64,000 nucleotides of DNA, from contig JALMLS010000361.1 of the NCBI GenBank assembly GCA_038496445.1, positions 62,001 through 126,000 of the forward strand, written 5' to 3'. Of the stretch, positions 53,510 to 64,000 are shown one piece after another. This DNA comes from Trichosphaerium sp. ATCC 40318. Lineage: Eukaryota > Protista > Tubulinea. Numbering within the stretch: position 1 is the first letter of the stretch; each line of letters opens with the position of its first letter. Both the position numbers and the translations under genes were made by a program. A model generated the notes under the pieces. The model had not been told where the DNA came from. It saw only the letters and a list, made by a program, of their open reading frames with translations, and ran no database searches.

Positions 53510-56225
53510 TCACAGAAACTTTCGGATGTTCTCAACTAATTTCTTTTGTTCCAGTTCTTCCATATATTTTGAGCTAACCACTTCCATACGTTGGAGTACA
53601 CTAGACTTTATACAATCTAAAGGGATGCTACCTACTCAAAAACATAAGCAAAAAAAAATTAATAGCGCAAAAAAAAAAATGAAAAAATGAACTAGACGGT
53701 ACCAAGCTCGTATCCAGGATTAAAACGTGCGTAAGTAACTGAAGGTACTTCATTATTTACCCAAGACTGGATAGACTTATGAACACGCTCAGAAGACTTG
53801 GCAATATCCACAATATCATCAACAAGATTAAACACATTCTCCATACCAAAAGACTCACAAGGGGGCGTTCCACTTCCAAATGATAAAATACTATTACCAC
53901 AATGTTAATAAAACCAAAATAGCTAGTTTTCGTACCAATCAATGTGTTTATCAGGCCACAAACAATGTGATTCAGAAATAGCAACCTCAGTAGGATTATT
54001 GGAAAGCATGCCTAGTTTGAGAAGAAAAGTTTAGAATCACATGTTTATAAAACAACCATTCAAAACGTACCACCATCCAAAAATCTGTCATTTTCAATAT
54101 TTACATCACCGAAATATGGCATCGCAGCTATACTAGCTTTTAAACAATTTAATACACTCACCTACCACAACTGTCATTCTCAAAAGAAAAATTGCTATTT
54201 CTGTTTAAAAGCAACACATGTGAGATAGTGTTCACTGAACAGGTACACCAGTCTACCGTGACTAGAAAAAAAGTACGAATACGTACATTGTCAATGTGTT
54301 TATATTTGCTCTTTTCGGAACTATAGTTAGAAAATAGAGCGACTTCCCAAGGAAACTCTGTAGCAATAGTAGTTGTAATAGCAAGTCTAGGCAAATCTTT
54401 ACCAAAATCAGAAATTTTTTCCTTTCTTGTATCTTCACTAAGGATACTACCAATCATACTGCTATCATAAGCACCACCACTTTGATAATACTGCCACCTA
54501 ATATACATCAACAATGACGACAACTCTACCACAATTGTAAAACCTTACATTCTCCAAGGAACATTATAATAACTCTTGCAATATAACTTCTTACTCATAT
54601 CAATGTAATCTTGTTTGACCTTTCGTATACTACTCGCCATCATACCAACCTATTTTTATCTCAAACGTCAGCTCGAACATAAAACAAGGCATGAAAAAAA
54701 ACAGAGAGTGGTAACTTAGAATATAAGACGCACAGCAATCAAAGCTCCTGTAGATGTAGCTACTATTAAATCTATGCTGGAAAGCAGTTTTCGTGTCCCT
54801 TTAGGACCACTATCACCATAAAGAGATTCGGTAAGGTACTAAAGAATACATAAGTACAACTCATACCAGAGAGCTGAGTAAGAAAAAACCTTACCTCCAG
54901 CATTTGAAGTTCTATTAACCCACGTATTCCACCACCGTCAAGAGTCAAGATATTTACACCACGTTGTCCATTACTATTCTAAAATACGAGTAAACAACTT
55001 TATAAACTTGCAATACGTACTTTGTTAGCCTTCAGTGCAGCCCCAACTGTTTTAAGGTATTGTTCTGACAACAACTCGTGTCTAGTTTTACTAGTATAGT
55101 TACAATGATCTGCATCTCCAGAGAATCGTGGTATTATAGTAGGTGATTGTGCAATATTACTAGGCTCAGCACCATGTTGTAGAATACTCCATGCATCTGA
55201 CACATTACTAGACAATCCATTTTCAGCCTAAGAATCAAGAATTAACCTTCTAATAATCCAAATAATTAAACAAATGCTTCAGTTTGCTTTTTCTAAAAAT
55301 GATATCACGTGTCATTTACGTAACTGCGAAAATAGATTTTTCGTTAGTAATAAGCTCTCTTGTAATAGAAGCACCAATAATAGCTTCCTTTTTAATCAAT
55401 TCCAAATCAAGACATGTCGCTATGAATTCTTTGAGCATCTCACTTCTAGGTAATATATAGCGTACCTTGTGTATTATATAAAAGTACTGGTGCAAATATT
55501 AGTGCTAAATTATGAGTTGACATTTTGTTCTTGGCACATTGAGAAGCAACTTTACTAAATGACAATGTAAACGGTTTAGAAACAACAATTCCTCTTAAGT
55601 ACCATGCTAATCGCACTATATAACACAGTAGTTTCCGTTCAGGTGCTTCTAGGGCAGCTACGATTTGTACTAATGAATCAATGCGCTCCTTACTGTCTTG
55701 GACTAATCCAGGCGTTAAGAGAATTATACAAAGAGTCTTTGACTTACGTGCGATACGCTCCAGAGTTTGTAGTTTGTTGTACGGTAGTAATGATTGAGGT
55801 AGGGATCGCACATATAATTTAAGTATATCAGCTGCCAGAATTGGGTTGTTTAACTCCCATGGTTGCTCTTGGCGCGTAAGAAGGTGTTTGTTGGGTTTCT
55901 TGAAAGAAAAAATCTCGTACGAGTGTCAATTAATTCAACAAGCTCAGATATATCTTCACGCGATCCACTGACGCGAAAAATGCCCTCTGTACTTATACCT
56001 AAATTTTTGAGCGTTAAAACACAATTTCAACGTACCGTATTCTACAACGTAGTGGGCACATATTTTAACTACGTTTGGAATGTCTGTATCATCCCGTGCG
56101 CAAACAGCACCTAACGCTGCTCCGAACACTTTTTGACCATCTATTAGGCGTCAACAAGCATTTAATAACCAATTTGAAGTACTCGAGGTAGGAATTCCGT
56201 TTTCTGACCACAACCAAGATAGCAT
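53510..56225 (-). CDS. RhoGAP - patatin-like phospholipase fusion
   Basis: RhoGAP: VFGAAL..IPNVV..EGIFRVSG..NKMSTHNLALIFAP. Patatin: ILTLDGGGIRG, ATSTG, FLDGG..NNP. Confidence 0.85.
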
Positions 56226-56329
56226 ATTTATACTAGCCTTGTGGCTTCGTTGAGGTAGCGTAATAAGTCATCAGCGTTTTTAGTGAATTAAGTGTTGCCA
56301 GCCAAACATTTTTTTTGCCGCGCTTGAAA

Positions 56330-58566
56330 ATGGAGCTTCCTACACCACCTACATTACGCTCGCCTTTAAGAACAACCAGTATGGAGCTTCCTCGAACCCC
56401 TACATTGTCTTCACCTCTGAAAACGACTGAATTGATTGTTCGCCATGCAGCTGCGAATGCATACACCACGCAGATGCTGCCATCTCCAATATCACCAGAG
56501 CCGTTGTCGCCAATGTTAACGACTACTATGCTTACACCAACTAAATTGAATACAACTATGCCCAGAGACGACGAAATACTAAAGACACCTACGTTTTCAT
56601 CACCACGTGCGATTTTTAACGTATTGTTGAGTAATAACTGTCACAATAGCAGCTTTGACGAAACCAATCGTTCGTTCACGCGATGGCAGTACGCAAAAGC
56701 TACTAAAAACACCTAAAACACGCTAAACCTTTTAGTACCGCCACAACCGCTTCTCGATACTCCTCCAACGCCTAAAATGCGCTCACCAACTCAAACACCG
56801 ATGATAACAAGGTTTTCAAGCAAGTACGAACCTGTCAACAAAATGGCGGCAGTTTTCTCTAAACACCTTTTCTGTAGGTACACTGCGCCATCAGCTAGGA
56901 AACTACCAGTGGATTCTCCAGTTAGCCCTGTTGTATCACCTGGACTTAGAGCAACAATAGGCAAGCACAGTAGCTGTGAAAACGAAAAAAAACAGGAAAC
57001 CACGCGTATTTCTGACTTCTTGTAATTTAGAATCAATGAGGAATACTTGTGGCATTATACCCAACAATGCATCACCAGAAATAGAAGCTAGATTGCAAGC
57101 TCTAACACAGGTCAGCAAAGAAAATAATCAATTCATTTTTCTTATCTGCTATTCGCTAGGGAATACAGACTCCACTGCTACGTCATCGTCCAGTGCAATA
57201 CGATGCATCCATGGTAATGACAGGAGAAGATGTATTGCAAGAGGAGTTCTCCACAACACCTCTTGCGCAACAACAAGAGATTGTAAACGAACTTCCAAAC
57301 CAAGTAAGTTTTCAAAAAAAAAAACAAAACCGTTGTGTTCTAACATGCCCAAGATTTTCTCTCAAGATGGCGCTTACAGCCAATTGATTAGCGATCCTGT
57401 AACGTATGACGATGACGAAGAGTGCCCTCAAGTTACTATGGTAAACCTTTTTATTTAGTTAATTAAATTAACTTTTATCTAGGACCTAAACCAGCGTTTC
57501 TTACTTACCCGAAGTGGTTCTGCTCTAGGGCTTACTCCTTCACCACAACCCAATAGATCGATTGATCAAGGAGCACCGCCAAGTACACCATACAGAGCAA
57601 ACGTAGAGCAATGTCAAGCTGCAGGAACGCCACAATTCAGTTCCCCACATACACCAAATGTACAACCTGCGGCCTTTCAAAGCACGCCACAATCAACACA
57701 TTTTCCATCCACACCACAATCAGAAAACTTTCCAAATACGCCACAATCAGCAATAATCATGACACCTCAACAAAGTGTAACAAAAACACCTCAAAACTTC
57801 ATTCAAAACCAAATGCCTCCAACACCACCTCATGATGTAACACAAGTACGTCTGATACTACACTCAATAGCGTACTCACATTCGTATCCTAGGATATCAC
57901 CCAAGCTCTAAGAGCCGCTAGAATAGAAGAAAACAATGAACCAAGAGAACCAATTGAACAAACACCAGCAGTTGTTACTCCTGTTTCCAAACCACAACCT
58001 ACTTTTTCTAAATCGAGTGACTCACTTATACCGGTTTACACTCCTTCAATTGAAGAACAAGAAGAACAAGAAGTCACTTACAAATATATGGTAAAGTTTA
58101 TGAAAGACTTTAATGCCAGCAGAACGCATACAGAAGTGCCTGGAGTGCAAGTAACAAAGGTACTTTTTTTTTGATTGTAAAGATTCATCTTAATTCTCTT
58201 TAGCCTTACCACCCTTGGGTCTCTGGAGCTCCTGATCCTGATCTCGCCGAAAATATACTTGAATATATGTCGCCGAATTGTCCTTCGCTTCAAAAGAAAC
58301 TGGCAAACTGGCCAGATTCTGTGCGATGTCTTATTGTTCCAGGACATGTACGTACCGATCCTATACCTCCTGATTAACTAGTAGCCAACAAAACAACTTA
58401 CAATACTTTTTAGACGGTGGAACAGCTAAAATTGTTTGGTCGTGATGGCCCTACATTCGAACCTACTGTGCTTTACTTACTTGAAAAAGGTCTCATTTGG
58501 AGACGTAAAAACCGTTTCGTTACATCAGAAGCTGTAGTGATAGACAATACCAAAATTGTAGAGTAA
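56330..58566 (+). CDS. S/T-P-rich disordered protein with a small C-terminal domain
   Basis: Multi-exon chain with many TP/SP motifs and an N-terminal duplication MELPxxPTLxSPLxTT. Ends ...VVIDNTKIVE*. Confidence 0.55.
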
Positions 58567-59340
58567 TGTAAAAAACAACCAATACACCTGTAAATTCGTA
58601 CAACGCAAGCGTATGGCGAAGAGTATTGGTGCAAGTCAATCCTCAAACCTGACATTAGTAACTAAGCACAGCTGTTCTCGGATTAAGAAATTAGAGGACC
58701 CAAAAGTCTATCCGAAGAATTTTTTTGCTCCCTTAAAGTTTAAAAAGTTCCTTGAGAAGCGCAACAACTGCGCTTGAAGTATGTATATTCTCCATCCACA
58801 TAAATTATCGTAGTGGTACGTATTTTAACCTATTCGCAACAATTTCCTTCAAAAACGCGATGATTATGAAAACCTATACGACTACTCTCTTGAAGACAAA
58901 GATTTACCATAACTATCACTCTTGGCATCTGAGAACTTCAAAAAAACTTTTCATTTTCCTACCAACAAGTTGAATACCCAACTTACTCTACCCAAGGCAC
59001 TGATCACTCGAAGTACCGCGGAAAAGAAGCGAATCGTACAAGAATGAGTTGTTTTACCAAAGCTATGTCGTCTCCTTGGTGTCATCCACACCGTAGAACG
59101 TTTCGCTGCGTATTGCCAGAGAGATTTTGTAGACTTGTTTGTGTATCCATTTCTTTTGAGTCACATATTCTATTTGAAGCACGCGCAATGTAAAACCTAC
59201 GTCTAGTTTAACATTCTATGTTTGATGTTTGAAATGATTTAACAATCGCTGAGTTTATAAGTTGTTTATTACGCATGTCACAGCGTTTTATTTATACTTA
59301 AGCGCGTTATAGCGTATTACTCCCTACAGAGGCGTTCTTT

Positions 59341-60816
59341 TTAGTTCGCTTCCAAAATAAATTTGAGAATGTCACAGACGCTGATAACCTTAATGGGTTT
59401 GAAACCTTTTTCATCATCAACAACAAATACGCGATGAACACGTGTTGCAGCAATCTTTCCAATTGCCAAAGGTATTTTATCGTGATCGAATACAGAAATC
59501 GTAGGTGCCTTGATCTGTAGGGAAATTGATTAGCATGTTGGTTCGAACCAAAAAAAAATTGAAGCGAAGTGTCAAACAAAAAATGTCGTACGTCAATTGA
59601 TTCTCTGCGGATTGTTTGCAAGTATTGGAAAATATTTGCGTCAAGAGCAGCTAGAGATGGTTGCCTCAAAAAGAGTGCCAAATCTTTACCAGTTGTTGTA
59701 CCCACTAAGTAAAAGGACTTTGTTAACAACCCATTTCTGTAAAGTAAAAAAAAACTTGTCAATAAAATTATAGCACTTTACCTAAACGGCCTAGTTTATC
59801 GACGATTGCTACGCCACTTCTCTTTACAGAATCCATTAACCTGTTTATCGGTAAGAAAGTATTTAATTAAACCATTGTAAATGTACTTGAATGTTTGTAT
59901 GACAGTTGCGTCTTTCTTTACAGACAACACTGGTGATGTGCCAATAGCAACTTCGCTAATCTACGAATAAAATGTCACCTTGGAGAAGAAATACTGAAAA
60001 GTATTTCGTACCTTCTTTTCGAATACTGGCTCAGGCTTAATGTTCTTGGCAATAAATGCGCAAATTGTGGACTGTGAGATAATATTGATTATCTTGAAAA
60101 GAGAAAACCAATTAGTTTACACGTGCCAACACATTACAAGAGAATAATACTTGCGAAAAAAAAAAGTTCCCTTCATTTATCACTCACCTTTCCTGAAGCG
60201 TTTACAACAGGTACTCTGTGTACGCGTTGAGCCAATATTTTTGTAACCTCAAGTAAGTTATCAGACTCCTTTACCGGGTGATATCTATTCCGTCTTGCGA
60301 GATCTAAGAAAAATAAACAAAATTGAACGGTTGTTAATTTGAATAAAGTGTTAAAGCGCTGTAAGTGTTGTGTTAGCACGTACACGATACAGTTACGCCA
60401 TCAGTAGTGGCAGTTTTGACGATACCACCTCCATGAACAAGAATATCTAAAATTTCCGTTTAGCCCGGGCTGGTCGTAATCAAAGGGGGAATTACCTTTC
60501 AGTGTTGCGTTATCTGTAACTTTTTGTTCATCGTGGATGAAAACAACGAAAGAAACCAAATCGCGGATGTCTAAGAATCCAATATACTCTTTACCGTCGT
60601 GAACTGGAGCCGATAAAATATTGTTTGAGATTAACGTCTACAAACCGTTGTTAGTTTTAATTTTGATCAATTTACCGGAGTGTGCTCTTAACGCGCTAAA
60701 CAACGCACTTGAAACGCGTCGTAAGTCGAATCGGTAGACTTTAGCTCAATTACAGATTTACATGCTTCTAAGCTGGAAACTTTCGTTTCTTCAAGGAGTT
60801 TGCGAGTGGCAGCCAT
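59341..60816 (-). CDS. CBS-domain protein (AMPK-gamma/Sds23-like, 4 CBS)
   Basis: NILSAPV..GFLDIRDLV; RVHRVPVV..IISQS; SGVAIVD; RVHRVFVVD..VISVCDIL. Confidence 0.88.
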
Positions 60817-60960
60817 ACTATAGTTGTGTTTGGAGTTTAGTAACTTTAAAGTAGGTTGGACTTAAACCAAGGACTTGACAGTACTTAATTGAATTTCCCA
60901 GAACTATTGAAATTTCAAAGCTATTAACACCGTAACAAGCAACGCAACACATCTCCAAAA

Positions 60961-63687
60961 ATGATATCTGAAGGCGTTCTACATCAAATAGTAACGAACA
61001 ACATTACACCACCTCAACCCGTTCTACAAGTTCTCAACATAACGAATAACCAAGCACAAAACCGTTTTGGGTACGTTTTATCACCTCTGAGAATAATGTA
61101 AAACATAATTTTTTGTGGTGAAATTTGCGTAAAAATATTCGTTAACTCTTCCCTAGCTTGGTTCTAAGCGACACTCAGACTACCATATCTGCGAATCTAG
61201 CAATAGAGTTGAACCCTATTGTAGCTGGCGGACAGCTACAAACACAAGCTCTCATAACGCTCAATTCTTATAATATCCAACGATTGCAAAATACAACGTA
61301 CGTTTCACTTCTTGTAATTTACACTTTTAACGCTTAGAAATTAGAGAAATTTTCATTCAATCACTTACTATTGCGCCTCCGTTACAACAAAACGCAAAAC
61401 CTACCCCTCAGCTGCCACAACAGCCGATTCAAAATAACGTGCAACCAGTTCAACAAGCAAACGATCAGGACTTTCTTAAAAGTTCTAGTTCATTGAGCTT
61501 CAGTCCAACAAAGTTTCTTCCACCGAAGACAAATACTCAAAACTACGGTGTTCCAAAGAAACAAACAAAGACATCTCACGCTCCATCACAGAGTAATATC
61601 CAACCTCTACAAATGACGTCAAGTCATCAGCAACCAGCACCAGTACAGCAACCTGTTCAATCTGGTCCACGCTATACAGCAATAGCTGATCTTAATCCTT
61701 ACTTCTACCGTTGGAATTTAAAAGTAAGAGTAACGAACAAAGGTCCTATCAAGGTAAAATTGTTAACCATGACATGAATTTTTTACTGATAGTTTTTTTT
61801 TCGAAGAATTTTAGCAAAGGCAATGGATTCTTATTCGCCATCGATGTCATTGACGTTGAAGGATCAGAACTACACATTGTAATGTTTAATGATGTTGCAA
61901 CTCAGTTCCATTCTCAGATTCAAGCAGGACAGGTACATACCGACGAATTAACTTCTTAAAGTTAACACAACTTTAGTGCTACGCGATTTCCAAAGGTAAA
62001 ATCAAAGCAAAGTCAGCGAAATACCAAACTGCTGGATCTCCTACTTACGATGTAACATTAAACGAACACTCAATCGTCGAACCACTTCCTGATGATCCTG
62101 CAATTCCAAAAATGAACTGCAAGTTCACACCAATAGTAGATCTGCCGAAACTCACATTACCATCAATCACTGATGTCCTTGGAGTTCTACGGTATGCAAA
62201 GAACTTCTAATAATCTTAGTGCTTACTTTGAAATAACTAGAGATGTTGGTCCTGTTGCAGATGTCGATACAAAGAGAGGCCTATGTCCTAGACGTACAAT
62301 GGATGTTGTTGATACTACTTCAGCGATAAGTGTCACACTTTGGGGAGCTACAGCCAATCAATTCAAAGGAAACCAAGGAGACATTGTCATTCTAAAGAAC
62401 ATTCGTGTCACTGACTTTAATCGTACGCAATTTGTAGCTTTTGTTGACGTATTATTTTCTTACTTGGTACCTAGAATGCTCACTTGCAGCTAATCCAAGC
62501 ACTTCTATTATCATCAATCCAAACGTATCTGAGGTTGACGCCCTTCGCCAATGGGTCCAAACGCAAAGTTTTGATGCTCTATTCAGTATTCCAAGCGTTT
62601 CGTCAAAAGGCGTTTCACCAACAAAGTACTAACCAACAGAACCATTACGCAATCTTTCTCACGTGCCTCTTAGGACACCTCTTAATAACAAACCGGCACC
62701 AGAAATTACACTCGGAGAACTCACACCTGAACGTGTAGCAAAGGAGCAATACTTTGACGTATCAGGTATGTCTAATTCTGTTCTCGAAGTTGTTTAATCT
62801 CACTCTTTGTCAAGTGGCTATCAAGGGATTTGGTAAGAATAGCATGCACTACGAAGGATGTCCTACTTGTAATAAGAAGGTATTGATGGACGATATGAAC
62901 CTGTATTACTGCTCAAAGTGCAATGCACAATTTCCAAAACCTGCCTTGAGATATATCTTGTCTGTTCAAGTATGTGATCACACAGGATCCCAATGGTAAG
63001 TGGCTACCAAATCGTTGTTATCTAACTATCATACAGGATGCGTTGCTTTAATGATACTGCTCTTCAGATTCTGGGAGAGCAAAATACTGCGGAACACATG
63101 CAACAACTTCGAGAACAGAACGAAGAAATGTTTGATAAAATACTTGATGACTTAAAGTACAAAGTTCTTACTTTGCGTATCAAAGCAACCTCTGATGTTC
63201 AAGATGATGGGACACCAAGAATGAATATTATCATTTGCAACTCAACGTATGTAGCCTACATATTCAGACATGTGCTAACTTTTGTAGTGATATCAACTTC
63301 AGTGACAGAGGTCAAAACCTACTAGCTATGATTCAAAACGCAGGCACTCTGTCAGACGCACCTCCTCAAAATCAGAATCAAGTTCAACACAACCAAGGCA
63401 ACAACGGACAACACGTCCAAATACCAGATTCTGGGATCTATCCAGATGGTCAGCAGGTGATCAACTTTCAACAGGCACCTCAGCAACAGCAACAGGGCAT
63501 GTACCCTCAACAGCCTCAACAGCCCCAACAGCATCAACAGCAACAGTTTGTATCAGGTGCCCAATATCCGCAACAAGTTCAGCAGATGCAACACGTGCAA
63601 GGGCCAAACTTTGCTCATCCTGGCAACGCTCAACCTGTATCGCATCCTCAACAAAACCCTGTACAAAGGCGCATATTCTCAGCTTAG
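60961..63687 (+). CDS. RPA1: Replication protein A 70-kDa subunit with a Gln-rich C-terminal tail
   Basis: PVLQVL..LVLSD; LNPY..WNLKVRVTNK; VTLWG; zinc ribbon YEGCPTCNKKV..CSKC..RYIL...DHTGSQW. Confidence 0.93.
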
Positions 63688-63882
63688 TGCTTGAAATGCT
63701 TCCAAATTGTTAAATAAAATTAGACTTGTACAAACACAGCTTCGTTATGAACCGCGTCTCAGTGATATTAAGTAAAATATTTTAGATAACAAAGACATTT
63801 GTTTCAGGTTACGGCAGAAACCCTGCTAATGGTACATCATTTTTTTTTTCAATTCTGTTTTCGAATAAAAACACATAATACT

Positions 63883-64000
63883 TTACAACAAATTACACGA
63901 TTTCTTCATCTTGTGAGATACACTCGCTGACCTAGATCTTGCTTTCCTTGACTCTACTTCATAATCTGCACCACTCTTCTTTGTTTGATTACTTGAACCT
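63883..64000 (-). CDS. 3' end of a gene ending in a basic CaaX (CNLL) prenylation motif
   Basis: ...RKARSRSASVSHKMKKSCNLL*; the rest lies outside the window. Confidence 0.55.
   Translation of the reverse strand, partial: GSSNQTKKSGADYEVESRKARSRSASVSHKMKKSCNLL

Noticed and set aside
58740-59210. Minus-strand exon-like segments with in-frame C-G-TGA (possible selenoprotein)
   Set aside because: No coherent start or exon chain, no similarity to SelF/SelM beyond three residues, and no SECIS seen.
62610-62673. Apparent GC donor in RPA1
   Set aside because: It leads to a stop; the downstream GTACTA donor gives the correct frame.

Overview
This is AT-rich, gene-dense eukaryotic nuclear DNA using the standard genetic code. 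It has many short introns (mostly about 40-100 nt; donors GTACGT/GTATGT; branch CTAAC/TTAAC), so the ORF track shows only exon fragments. The gene set suggests a free-living protist, probably an amoebozoan (inference). I spliced about 26 protein genes by eye. Recognisable ones are SPP/SPPL protease, a C5 DNA methyltransferase, a transcriptional cyclin, COX19, FCF2, two F-box proteins, ACSL, RFC4, calponin, DCN1, myosin V-like, a CBS protein and RPA1. The most striking feature is a minus-strand locus (12.5-19.5 kb) that can be spliced into one cyclin-Zn2Cys6-C2-Tudor-RS-RRM-RRM-SPOC protein. An intronic stop and AATAAA would give a cyclin-only isoform. It lies directly upstream of a chromomethylase-like (BAH plus inserted chromo-like segment) DNA methyltransferase. 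Other items of note are U12-type introns, an atypical intronic tRNA, a structured RNA candidate, a 201-bp near-identical copy of part of the myosin gene, an intronless F-box/LRR gene, and several unusual domain fusions. All exon models and domain calls are manual and were not checked by database search.
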